DNA of 64,000 bases from contig OX597837.1 of the NCBI GenBank assembly GCA_951406725.2, forward strand, positions 8,928,001 to 8,992,000, read 5' to 3'. Both the position numbers and the translations under genes were made by a program. Each line of letters opens with the position of its first letter. The stretch's first letter is position 1. The stretch comes from Octopus vulgaris. Its lineage: Eukaryota. The notes beneath the pieces were generated by a model. The model was not told where the DNA came from. It was given only the letters and a program-made list of their open reading frames with translations, and searched no databases. Below are positions 15,126 through 28,066 of this stretch, in pieces.

Positions 15126-15760
15126 AGGAGATAGAGTCATTGATTGATTGAAATTTCAAACCATCAGGGCTGTCGGTGGTCGTTAATATAGTTTGTATGG
15201 TACGTAGCTTCTACAATACAAGACAGAGTAACTTCGGTGAAGCTTTTATGATTTTCCAAATTGAATTGTATTTGTAAAAGTGTTACTGCTGAGGTGAAAA
15301 AGCAGGTTTTTAAATTGATATGCATACATGCATATTCTTATTGCTTTTAATGCAATGCAACTTTTCAATAACAATGTGTTCGGCTTTCCTGTTTATGCTT
15401 TTCATACATAAACTGTTCAATCGAAACATAATATAAAAGGAGGAGAGAAGGGATGAGAAGAGGAAGGCAGAATCAGGGACAGAAAGAGAGAGAAAGAGAG
15501 AGTAAGCGGGTGTAAAGTGAAAGTGAAAGTAGGAGCATAAAAGCGTGAAGAGAAGAAAGGGAGTGAAAGGGGAGGTGAGAGGGAAAGGGAGAGAGAGATA
15601 GACGAAGAGGGTAATATGCATTCATGTAAAAATTTTAATACTCAGTGATCAATATATATATACAAACATAGCTGTCTGAAAAGGAGTGTGTGTGTGTGCG
15701 TGTGTGTGTGTGTGTGTGTATTAATATCTATGTATCTCTCTTCTCTCTCTCTCTCTCTCT

Positions 15761-15816
<56 letters not shown>

Positions 15817-15831
15817 TATATTTATATACTC

Positions 15832-16010
15832 CCTTTTACTCTTTTACTTCTTTCAGTCATTTGATTGTGGCCATGCTGGAGCATCACTTTTACTCGAGCA
15901 AATCGACCAAAGGACTTATTCTTTGAAAGCTTGGTACTTATTCTATCGGTCTCTTTTGCCGAACCACTACGTTACAGCGGCGTAAACACTCCAGCATCTG
16001 TTGTCAAGCG
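15832..16010 (-). mobile_element. SINE family B, 3' half
   Basis: Matches the family B tail in reverse complement. Confidence 0.75.
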
Positions 16011-17857
16011 AAGAGATCTAGACATGCCTCGAAACCAGGCTGGTCTGCTGGTCCCGTCACTAGAAGTTAGTAAGTGTTCGCTTCCCTACTCGTAATATCT
16101 CGGATACAGCTGTGCATCGTTATCCAGTTAGAGATGTCTTCCTTGGGGTTAAAAAATCGCAGTAAAATCCGTTCGAAGGGACATATTGAAGTAGCTACGA
16201 ACATTTCAACCGTGTTTCGTGGTCTTTTAGCACAAGAGCTCCTTCATCAGGGGGAACCACGTCCGGTTTCGGCCCCTACTCCTCTACCGTTTTGATGTCC
16301 CCCCCCCCTTCGGAGGTGTCTTCAGCTCTGGTGTTGGGAGCATGTCTTGTTTTTTCTTCTTTTCCCTGGTCTTTTCGATGTAGCGTCAACGAGTGTGAGC
16401 GGGCGACTGACTGTCTTGTCAATTGTCCCTTTAAATACCTGCTGCTAGGCTCCAACAGTTAATGCATATTTGCATGTATGTATAAACAGGTATGCCATTT
16501 CATTTGTGGTGTATTGGTCTTGACTTTTCGATGTGTACATTATATGTTTACTTATCTCAACACAGGTAAATTTTCTCGTTTCTTCCCTCTACCTTCACTC
16601 TTCTAATGATGACTTGGATTTCCTCTTGTGCTATTAGACTACACTTATCGGCTGCTGTGCATTTCGCCTTATAAAATTTAAAGTTTAGAGAATAAGTTAT
16701 CTGACCGAATAGTTTAATGAACACCGGTATTGAAAAATATATATAGCCGAACGACGGCTTTTGCAGACGTCTTGTTATCTAGTTACATACGTTTATTTCC
16801 TTTTCTTTTACAGTTATCCAAACATTTGTTGCACAACTAATTCCCCAAAGTAAACAAAACATCTATCCTCACACCCATATTTGTATCTATGCCGTGTTGT
16901 ACATACATTTCACTGAGGTTTCACAGGAACATTTAGAAGTAATTTTTCATTTTACGGATAACTCTGTCGTCTTCGTCACCGCTTTCTTATATTTTGATCT
17001 TCACTCTTCCACTCACAGTTTTTCTCTTTTACCTCACTAATGGTAACTTATGCAGATGAGGTAATTTTATTCTTTCCTGTTCTTGTACGGCAAATACACA
17101 TCTTTTAGCGCGGAAGCGAATACCGCATTTCCTGGTCTAAAATTGACCATCTGTGTTAGTATTGCTCTTAAATCTTCTAACAAGCCATGCATGATCTTCT
17201 GCTGATAAACTGAAATCCTTCTATTTGATATTCTGTTCCGGAAGATTTGTCTGACTTCCTCTTTCAGAAGACTTTCCAGTAGAATCGTTCCCAACTCCCT
17301 TGATGCTGGATTACCTCATGAATATATCCGTGATCCATGGAGGATTTTCGACGATTGATTAAAAGATGCTACCAAAAGGATATGATGTGTTAGTCAAAGG
17401 CTGTTTGAATCAATGTTAAGCGTTTGCTTCCGTATTCTTCACTTTAGGCGCTTAATATCATTAATGATGCGGAGATTCCCTGAGATTAAGGGCTTTTGGG
17501 TTTCATTCTCAAGACACCGGGTCATCTACTCCTCTATCCGAAAGTTTGGTATAAGGAATATCACAGCAATGTTGTTAATGCATGTAGAACGATCAGCGTG
17601 TCAGATATTATTTAATCCGAAAGATTATTTTCTAGTTTCTTATTCTCTGCCACAACCCAAACGACAGAATATATTTACACACATTTCTCGCATTCCTCTG
17701 CCACGCGTGTAGCATTATTCATCTGGTAATGGAGAAATTATCAGCTTATTTATAGTAATTTTGCTTAACTGCTTTCTAATGTTCTCTGATTTTTATAACT
17801 GCGTAGGAACATTTATCTTGACAAAAATGCGCTTTAATATCTCTTTTGCTCTCTCTC

Positions 17858-18054
17858 TCTTTTACTTGTTTCGGTCCTTTGACTGCGGCCATGCTGGAGC
17901 ACCGCCTTTAATCGAGCAAATCGACCCAAGGACTTATTATTTGTAAGCCTTGTACTTATTCTATCGATCTCTTATGCCGAACCTCTAAGTTACGTGGACG
18001 TAAACACAACAGTATCGGCTGTCAAGCGATCTTTGGACAAACACAGGCATACAA

Positions 18055-18105
<51 letters not shown>

Positions 18106-18283
18106 CATATACATATATACGACATGTTTCTTTCAGTTTCCGTCTACCAAATCCACTCACAGGGCTTTATTCGGCCCGAGGCTATAGTAGAAGACAATTG
18201 CCCAACGTGCTACGCAGTGGGACTGAACCCGGAACCATGTGGTTGGTAAGCAAGCTACTTACCCCACAGCCACTCGGGCACCT
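17858..18283 (-). mobile_element. SINE family B, full length with internal (TA/TG)n
   Basis: Head with A/B-box-like GTGGCTGTGGGGTAAG...GGTTCAGTCCC, internal microsatellite, AAGTAAAAGA tail. Confidence 0.85.
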
Positions 18284-18435
18284 ATAATCTTTAACAGGAT
18301 TCAAGCACTCTTTCATATCCATCATATTTCTGTAATACACACCATGAAATATATATGACGTATATTTGACACAATATATATGCCATATACAACATCCATT
18401 TGACAAAAATATATATGCCATATATATATGACTTA

Positions 18436-18735
18436 TGGAGGCGCAATGGCCTAGTGGTTAGGGCAGCGGACTCGCGGTTTCGATTCCCAGACCGGGCGTT
18501 GTGTGTGTTTATTGAGCGAAAACACCTAAAGCTCCACGTTTCCGGCATAGTGTGTTGGCGACCCCTGTTGTACTCTTTCGCCCCAAATTTCTATCACTCT
18601 TTCTTCCTGTTTCTGGAGTAACGCTGCGATGGACTTGCGTCCAGTACAGCTGGAGTGAACATATACGTCACAGAAACCGGGAAACCGGGCCTATGAACCT
18701 GGCTAGGCTTGAAAAGAGTGCATAAATAAATAAAA
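18436..18735 (+). mobile_element. tRNA-derived SINE family C
   Basis: TGGAGGCGCAATGGCCTAGTGGTTAGGGCAGCGGACTCGCGGTTTCGATTCC has a Pol III A box and B box; relatives at 24628, 49205, 54775 and 63478. Confidence 0.85.
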
Positions 18736-18739
18736 AATA

Positions 18740-19256
18740 ACTAGCGGTTCGGCAAAAGAGACCAATAGAATAAGTACTGGGCTTACAAAGAATAAGTCCC
18801 GGGGTCGATTTGCTCGACTAAAGGCGGTGCTCCAGCATGGCCGCAGTCAAATGGCTGAAACAAGTAAAAGAGTAAAAGACTATTACCTATATTTCACAAA
18901 ATATACGTCATATACATGTCCTATATAAGAAATATACATTTATATTATATATGACAAAATAAGCTGTTAAATTTCATTTGATAACGATGTTAGGCTGGTG
19001 TTCTGTTTTCATGTGCGTCAATCATTGTAAGCCTAGTACATATTCTATCGGTTTCTTTTGCCGAACCGCTAGGTTACGGGGACGTAAACACACAAGTATA
19101 TGTTGTCAAGCCATGTTGGTGGAGGTTAAACACGCACACGCACATATATACAACGGGCTTCTTTCAGTTTCCGTTTACCAAATCCACTTACAAGATTTTG
19201 GTCAGCACGAGGCTATAGTAGAATACACTTGCCCAAAGTACCATACAGTGGGACTG
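18740..19256. mobile_element. Two SINE family B fragments (18740-18879 +, 19025-19256 -)
   Basis: Sequence identity to family B. Confidence 0.75.
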
Positions 19257-20136
19257 TCAAAAGAAAGATAATTATTAATGGGTGAATTCTAGAAGTGTTT
19301 TTAACACAGAAATTATCTCTTGTAATATATTCCTAAGCATGTATCGCAACTATTCATATTTTATCGAGTATTATTACTCTTAGTATAACCGTTTATGGAA
19401 AGGATATTGAATCATAAATGTCGACGTTCAAACTTAGAGCGATATAACATATTAGCAGACGACCGTACATCACGTGGCATAAGCAATGCAATGCTTCGCT
19501 AACAATGTGTCTCTTTGGAATATTACCGTTTAACGTTATTTGTGCAATGCCCTTACGTTTGGGAATGAAAGGCAACCAGTAGAATATCTACTGTGTCCAG
19601 CGTGTCTCGTGAAACAATTACGGGACGAAAGTGAGGGCTTTACATTAGTATGTGCATTCTAATTTGAAAGCCCTTTAGGGAGGAATACGTGGCTGTTTCA
19701 TAGCAATTACAAAAGTGATTAGTGAGTAGTTAACTCCGAAGAATAATTATGTGAATTCACATACGTATGTATTTACAGATGTACGCATGTGTATATACGT
19801 ACATGTGTGTATGTGTATGTGTGTGTCTATGTGTGTGAATGCTTATATATGTATATATGAATTATTGGACTTTCGGGAGTCTATGAAAGTATTATAAAGC
19901 GAAATGGAAAAGAAGCGTAGTACAGTCTGACGAAAGCAATAAGGCCGTCGAGAATTCGCTGAATCGAAGATTAGTAGGACAGAGCTACAAGGTGGTCGAT
20001 AGTTTGCCAGTTGGTCTGAAGTACAAATTCAGACCTATCAGAGACACTCACACACAGACGCGTATAAATATATATAGGTATATGTATGTATGTGTATATG
20101 TATGTATGTAGGTATGTATGTATGTAGGTATGTATG

Positions 20137-20219
<83 letters not shown>

Positions 20220-20225
20220 GATATA

Positions 20226-20270
<45 letters not shown>

Positions 20271-20302
20271 CCAAGAAAAAAACAACAAGAATGGATTAGT
20301 AG

Positions 20303-20391
20303 TTTAGTACAATTGTTTCATACTAAGAGCAATTTTATTTGAAGCTGCAAATATTGTAGCAAATACAAATGTCCAGTATTCATCAGCTAAA
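20303..20391 (-). ncRNA. Hammerhead ribozyme with extended stem II
   Basis: Minus strand: TTTAG-CTGATGA-ATACT...AGTAT-GAAA-C(AATT)G-TA-CTAAA. Confidence 0.85.
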
Positions 20392-20563
20392 TCACATATA
20401 TGTTTTCCAGACATCCTAGAGGGTTTGATTATCCTCATGAAGTATTAGGAGTGAGTTCTATGAAGTCTGCTCATAATTTGACTGTAAATGTCATAGAACT
20501 CACTCCTAATACTTCATGAGGATAATCAAAACCTTCAAGGATGTCTGGAAAATATATATGTGA

Positions 20564-20652
20564 TTTAGCTGATGAATACTGGACATTTGTATTTGCTGCA
20601 ATATTTGCAGCTTCAAATAAAATTGCTCTTAGTATGAAACAATCGTACTAAA
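20564..20652 (+). ncRNA. Hammerhead ribozyme with extended stem II
   Basis: TTTAG-CTGATGA-ATACT...AGTAT-GAAA-C(AATC)G-TA-CTAAA. Confidence 0.85.
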
Positions 20653-20802
20653 CTACTAATCCATTCTTGTTGCTTTTTTCTTGGTTATAATCACCCCACA
20701 TTATTTTATGGTTAATACCATAAAGAATTCTGGTGCATCTAAGTTAAGCACCATATTCATTTGAATTCATTGGAATTCACTTGAATCTTAATTGTTTTTG
20801 CG

Positions 20803-20873
<71 letters not shown>

Positions 20874-20940
20874 CTTTTTCATTGATAATTTTATTATTTT
20901 AAACTTATATTTTAAAATATTGATATTTTAGATCGGAAAT

Positions 20941-20984
20941 CCACCTGACGAATGTCACTTGAAGACATGAAACAATTGTAGTGG
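20941..20984 (+). ncRNA. Minimal type I hammerhead ribozyme in a ~200-bp unit (about 20870-21073) flanked by (TA)n
   Basis: CCAC-CTGACGA-ATGTC(ACTTGAA)GACAT-GAAA-C(AATT)G-TA-GTGG; all core bases and all stems intact. Confidence 0.92.
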
Positions 20985-21195
20985 CGGTTTATTTACTTTA
21001 TATTAAAATTTTTATGTATTGATTAAGTCTTTCCTTGTTTGTTTTGCAAAATAGTGGTTTTGTCTCGAATTAATATATATATATATATATATATAAATTT
21101 AATACAAACATGAAAACTCAAAGAGAAAACGCAAGAACGTGAGGACGTGGAATAAGTATAGTGTTATTGGACGCTAAGGAAAGAAAAAAAGGAGG

Positions 21196-21230
21196 GTTTA
21201 GTGTTTCGAGCGGAGCTCTTCATCAGAAAC
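21196..21230 (-). ncRNA. Minimal hammerhead in a short unit (about 21096-21285), slightly decayed
   Basis: Minus strand: GTTT-CTGATGA-A-GAGC(TCC)GCTC-GAAA-CACT-AAAC; homologous to 38498-38683. Confidence 0.7.
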
Positions 21231-21295
21231 ATAGGAAAAGGAAAGATCCAAGGATGGGAAAATGGAGGAAAAAATCGCCAACGATACACATATAT

Positions 21296-21994
21296 AAAGT
21301 TAAATTTTCTGGTAAAGTATGTTCTTAAGTATTCGGATTGTATTAAAAAGTGCTCATTGCGAGCTAAATGAAGGATAAGGGAAATATTAGGAGAAAATTC
21401 TGTAATCATTAGAAATTCACAGCATAGTTTTAAACACACGACCAAATAAATATGCAAATAAATTTATAAATTAGTGAATAGAATTATATGTAAAGGCCAT
21501 ATGTGAAAACTGCATCATGTTCGTTGGGTTCAGGTACCGAGTTGAGGAGTGACAAATAAAGAGATAAAAATTCGAGGTAAGGGCTTCCAAAACGAACTTT
21601 TCGAATCAATCAAGAATTTAATGGTACGAAATGTCGGATGAGAAATGTTTGACATTTCGATTAAACATCAAATTTTTAATTGATTCCAACAGTTCGTTTT
21701 GGAAGCCTTTACCTCGAATTTTATCTCTTTATTTGTCACTCCTCAATTCGGTACGTGAACCCAACGAACAATATGCATAGTTTTCACATATGAGTTTTAC
21801 ATGTCATTCTGTTCACTCATTTATAAATTTATATGCATATTTATTTAGTTGTGTGTTTAAAATTATGCTGTAAATTTCTATTGATTGCCTGGATTTGCTC
21901 CTTCTAAAATTCCCCTAATCCTTCGATTTAGCTCGCAATGAGGACTTCTTAATACAGTCCGAATACTTAAAAACATACTTTATAAGAAAATCTA

Positions 21995-21999
<5 letters not shown>
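21296..21999. mobile_element. Foldback/MITE-like element made of two ~340-bp inverted arms, inserted in (TA)n
   Basis: AAAGTTAAATTTTCT ... AGAAAATCTAACTTT ends; the arms align throughout around a 15-bp loop at 21636-21650. Confidence 0.85.
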
Positions 22000-22084
<85 letters not shown>

Positions 22085-22997
22085 TATGAAAAGCAATATG
22101 CAACTGAAATCATTGAATAAAATACTCACCGGTGCAAGACGATATCCCTTCACAACGGTACCAAAAGTGGAAAAATGCAGGCGCATTAACTGTTGCAATA
22201 TGGCCCTACCTATTGGAGGGTACAGAATTTCAATTCAAACAAGGTAAAATATTTAAGATCAAATTTTACTTCTGCCTCTGTAAACTTAATCTGTGTTATT
22301 ACCTGTTTAGGTTGTGGAAACCACTATATAGGCTAAACACGAATGTCCCCCAGACGAAGAACAACACTTCACAGAGAAGAAAGCCGCTTCCCACAGTATA
22401 GACATATACAAGTCAATGAGCAAATACTGAGATGTGCTAGGAATCTTAAACCAAACTTCCTAATGTTCCTTTCTATCAATGTTCCCAGGGCACCTCAGTG
22501 CAGCAAAGACTAAATAAAGAGGCAACTTACATTGATAAATATCAACCACAACATAACATGAACACACAACTTAATACAGGACGGTACTAACCCAACAAAT
22601 ACCAGTAATCACACCAATCTTTACACATCCCATATACCGTTCATATTCTATAAATCATATCACCCCTAATTGCATCACTTTCGGGACTGCTTACCTCCCT
22701 TGAACGTAATATTTTCACTCAGGTGCTATCAAATCCCACATCGTTCGGAAATCGGTGCTGATTCAAAGGCACTGAATAGCGATTACGAAAGCAGTATGAC
22801 TTTCAATATTGAGTCATATTAATGATCTTTATACTTCTCAATTCGATCTCAAATCATATATATGTATATATCTATTTTTTCTTTATATAAAACAAAATGC
22901 CATTACTTTTATCCCTAGTGCGCGGTTGAGTTTTTTTAATACTTTTTCCCTATTTATACCACGTGTAGTCTTTTTTCTTTTAAACCTGTCTCTATCA

Positions 22998-23037
<40 letters not shown>

Positions 23038-23056
23038 CATACATACATTCATACAT

Positions 23057-23090
<34 letters not shown>

Positions 23091-23156
23091 GTATATATAT
23101 ATAGATATATATATATATATACGGATATATGTGTATATGTATACACACACACATAA

Positions 23157-23195
<39 letters not shown>

Positions 23196-23431
23196 CGCAT
23201 TGTCCCTTGACGGTGAACTAATATTTATTATTCCTACGGATGACTGAGTTATAAGCAATACATACTTATATATACCTACACACACACACACACACACACA
23301 TGCATATACACTCATATATACGTACGTCTTATATTAACGCCTACCTACTCACACTCACGCATACACACACACACATATATATATATATATATGTATGTAT
23401 CTATATGTAAGTATATATGTATATATATATA

Positions 23432-23497
<66 letters not shown>

Positions 23498-24423
23498 CTA
23501 TATGTATGCTATGTATGTATATATATATATATATATATATATACGAATCAGTTCGAACTTGTATTCTAATATAAATTATCTTTGTTTTCTTCCCGTCTCT
23601 TGATTATTCCATTACCGTTATCAATTCTTCTGGAAATATCTTGCCAATGATGATAACAAATGATGCAATTTTCGTAATTTCTTTCATTTACCGTTTTTGT
23701 TTTACCATTCTGCTTAATGGAATGAATGAATTCTTCTTATGTATTCACGATTAATTTATCAAATACCGTTATTTTTTTTTCTTTGTGGGGAGTGTGATGG
23801 TATTTATGCTGTTCTTCAGGGTGTTCTTTTTTTTTCTTTTTTTTGGTAGGGCTTTTTGTTCTTCTTCCTGTTTTTGCTGTCTGCATTATATTTTTTACTA
23901 GTCTTTACAATATTTATTTATTTTTAGCTATTGTTATAATTATCATTCTTCTTTTTCTCCTCCTCCTACTCCTTCTTCTTTTTCTCCCCCTCCTCCTCCT
24001 CCTTCTACTTCTTCTTCTTCTCATTATTGTCGTCGTCAACATATGTATTATCATCACCACCATCATCGTAGTCGTTGTCATCATCATCATCATCATATTC
24101 ATCAACATCGCCATCATCACTATTATTATTATTATTATCATTATTATTATTATTATCGTTGTTGTTGTCTTCTCTATCATCATCATCATCATCACCATCA
24201 TCATCGTCGCCATTATTAATACTGTTAGGATTATTATTATCCTTATAATTTTTTCAGAATTTCTCCATTACGGGCTTCAACATCACACAGGCAGAGAGTA
24301 GTCTGCCTTAAGTATAACCAAGCAATGCAATCAACACTATTTTCTTTGCACTCTAATGCACTGACAATGCACCAGGAAGCGTATGTTCAACAACTTGCAA
24401 TGCTATATGTTGTGTAAGTATAG

Positions 24424-24463
<40 letters not shown>

Positions 24464-24494
24464 AAAAATACGCAACAAGAATATCCAGAGCTAA

Positions 24495-24582
24495 TGCAGT
24501 ACGATCGTTTTATGCGATTCCATTTAATAGATCAATGCAAATATTACATCAGTTTTAAAATGTAGAGTAATCTTCAGCTGCA
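24495..24582 (-). ncRNA. Decayed hammerhead ribozyme, relative of the 20.3-kb family
   Basis: Minus strand: TGCAG-CTGAAGA-...-AAAA (GAAA mutated)-C(GATC)G-TA-CTGCA; the unit's 3' end abuts (TA)n at about 24460. Confidence 0.7.
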
Positions 24583-24627
24583 TAAAAATATAGCATTTAG
24601 TTAAATTCGAAGGATTCATTTGTATAG

Positions 24628-24690
24628 TTCGAGACCGCAATCCTATGACCGCGAGTCCGCTGCCCTAAACACTGGGCCATTGCGCCTCCA
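24628..24690 (-). mobile_element. SINE family C head fragment
   Basis: Reverse complement of TGGAGGCGCAATGGCCCAGTGTTTAGGGCAGCGGACTCGCGG. Confidence 0.75.
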
Positions 24691-25642
24691 CAATGCTGTC
24701 AGTTTGACATTCATATATGCATGTGTGTCTGTGTGTTTCGTTATGTCTGATTGCGTCTGTGAAAATGTGTGTGAATGTGTATATGTCGTGGGTTTTTCGT
24801 CATCTCTTTGTCTACATTTGCTTAGTTTGCCAATGTGCATATTAATATATCTGTGGTTCTCTCTTTCAATTCACATTGTGAATGTCATGTTCCAGACAGA
24901 TGTACTTGCAATAGTGTTATCATTACTATCATCATCATCATCATCGTCATCGTCGTTGTTGCTTTTGGTGGTGTTGTTATTATTGGCATTCACAATTGAC
25001 AAAACAGATGTTACCCTGTCTCTCTTTCTGCAGACTTTTCACGAGGAATACTCGTAAACAAGTAATTTCTGAAGCTTTGGAGTTTATCCATAAAACAAAG
25101 CCTACCAATAAAAAGTTGGAAATTTTATTTCTATTTCTAGAGAGATTATTTTTATCGTTGGCGCTATGCATATCATAATAGACAGATATTCCCAAAATAC
25201 AAATGGCTTCGCATATTTTCAGCCCCGTTCGCAATAGTTAAACAAAATAAAGTGTGCAAAATAATGTGCAAAATAATACATTGCAAACACACACACACGC
25301 TCACGCTACTCACACGCACACAAACATATGCAAGAGAAAGCCAGCTGCATTAATTACAAGATAGAGCTGCATGATAAGGAACGGCGAAGGGAACCTTTTT
25401 CTTCAGGTAAGGGGGGGTGCAGTCGTCACTGTACCACTTAGGTGAAGCGTACAGGCGTCGAGTGGAAACGGTTGCAATTCTGAAACATCTGCTGATGAGA
25501 CTGGTGTTTTCCAATACTGTGATAGTTCTGAGAATGGTTTGCTATGTAATTAAGAGGGTCCTGCAGTTTCTGTGTAATAGATGGGATCTCTTATGCTTAT
25601 TCCACCAAATTTTCAACGCTTAATATGAATAGTCACAGTAAA

Positions 25643-26010
25643 GTGGTGAGCTGGCAGAATCGTGAGCATGCTGGGCGAAATGCTTAACAGTATTTCATCT
25701 GTCATTACGTTCTGAGTTCAAATTCCGCGAGGTCGCCTTTGGCTTTCATCCTTTGGGAGTGGATAAATTAAGTACTAGGTTCGATGTTACTGACTTATAT
25801 CCTACCGGGAAATTGCTGGTTTTGTACCAAAATTTGTTACCAATATTGGATAATGTATAAAGAGACTAGCTGGCAGAATCGTTAGCACGCCGGGCGAAAT
25901 GCTTAGCGGTGGCATATTTTCCGTGTTTACATTATCAGTTCAAATTCCGCCGTGGTGGACTGTGAATTAATCGTTTCGGAGTCAATAAAATAAGTACCAG
26001 TTAAGTACAT
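25643..26010 (+). mobile_element. Two tandem SINE-like family A copies
   Basis: AGCTGGCAGAATCG heads at about 25648 and 25868. Confidence 0.8.
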
Positions 26011-26212
26011 GTTGTTCGTAATAAAGCTACTTACCACACAGCCACTAAATACGACATATTTACATTACACAAGACATAATATCTAACTCCAAGTTTCGCT
26101 TGCATGTTTCCCGAAAGCATATAAACATCATCTGATACACATAAATACAGCCATTCGTTGTTTTGTTACATTTCCGTACCACTCACTCTGTCTTTGCCTG
26201 TTTGTCTGTCTC

Positions 26213-26289
<77 letters not shown>

Positions 26290-26374
26290 ATATCTATCTA
26301 TCTATCTGTCTGTCTGTCTATCTATCTATCTCCCTCTTTCTATCTAATTATCAATCTATATATCTATCTATGTG

Positions 26375-26407
<33 letters not shown>

Positions 26408-26753
26408 GCATCTATCTATCTATGCATCTCTCTATCTATGTATCTCTCTATATATCTATCTAGTTATCTATCTAATTATCTATTTATCTCTCTCTCTTTA
26501 TATCTAACTATCTATCTATCCATCAAATTATTTATCTATCTATCTGTCCATCGAGTTGAGAATTACATAGTTCTCGTCCTATTTTTGTTTATTTTTCCTT
26601 CAATTTTCCTTACTTTTGCATTTTAATTTTCATATTATTGGAATTTTTGACGACGACATATTCGTGATAAAGTACAAATTACAAAACTCTCCGTATGTAT
26701 GCCTGTTTGTGTGTATATGTGTGTACATATGTATGTATGTATGTAAGTATGTA

Positions 26754-26797
<44 letters not shown>

Positions 26798-26915
26798 TAT
26801 ATGTGTGTATATATATATATATTTGTGTTTGTGTAGTTGTGTGCAAATGCATACATGTTCTTGTATCTGTGCATATATTTTTTATTAACACGACTAGTAC
26901 AGAAATATATATATA

Positions 26916-26967
<52 letters not shown>

Positions 26968-27132
26968 ATATATATATATATACATACATATATATATGTG
27001 TGTGTGTGTGTGTGGATATATCGATGGATATATATATATATGCGTGTGTGTGTATGTGTTTGAATGTATATCTCTATATTACATATCTATATTTCTTCCT
27101 ATCTCTCTATGCATCTATGTATGTATCTATCG

Positions 27133-27205
<73 letters not shown>

Positions 27206-27504
27206 GATGAACTAATTCAAAAAAATACATACATATAGCTGTATATATGTGTATATATGTCTGTATGCATCTATTTATGTATGCCTGTATTATATATGTA
27301 TGTACGTATGTATGTACACCTAGGGCTTCTGTGTAACTACAGTGTAACAAATTTCACTCCTGAGATATTAGGCAACCTGAGGCTATTCTAGAAGACGTTT
27401 CGGCAACTTGCCAGGTACTTTCCAAACAAAGAGCCTTACTTGGAACTTTGTATTCAGGTCTGAATGGTGTGGCTTAGGTGTATGCTTATGTATGTGTGTG
27501 TATA

Positions 27505-27747
<243 letters not shown>

Positions 27748-28013
27748 GTATATATATATATACATATATATATACATTCATATATATATATATATATACA
27801 TACACGCGCATTCATATGTAAGACATATTTATATATACATATATACGCACCTACATATGTAAAATATATGTGTGTGTGTGTCTATATATATACATACATA
27901 TATAAGTATATATATATTTAAATATATATCAATATATATACCAATATTAATATGTTCTATGTATATATGTTAATATAAATATATCAATATATATATATAT
28001 ATATATATATATA

Positions 28014-28066
<53 letters not shown>

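Larger units (their letters stand above)
20268..20805. mobile_element. Head-to-head inverted repeat of a Penelope-like terminal unit, one HHR per arm, embedded in (TA)n
   Basis: Arms 20268-20463 and 20491-20687 with a 27-bp spacer; the right unit extends unpaired to about 20805. Confidence 0.85.

Noticed and set aside
16600-17400. Possible decayed LINE RT fragment on the minus strand (NFRPG motif)
   Set aside because: Similarity is too weak to call without a profile search
18436-18510. Functional tRNA genes at SINE heads (also 29462-29532, 49280-49350, 63715-63788)
   Set aside because: No complete cloverleaf or acceptor stem, and each continues into a repeat body
19920-19975. CTGACGA...GCTGAATCGAAG hammerhead-like pattern
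   Set aside because: GAAA and the UH site are both altered, and stem I does not pair
25485-25530. CTGATGA core
   Set aside because: No stem II-GAAA downstream
27385-27460. Minus-strand GGC-AAGTT-GCC-GAAACGTC half-ribozyme
   Set aside because: No CTGANGA core adjacent to the stem
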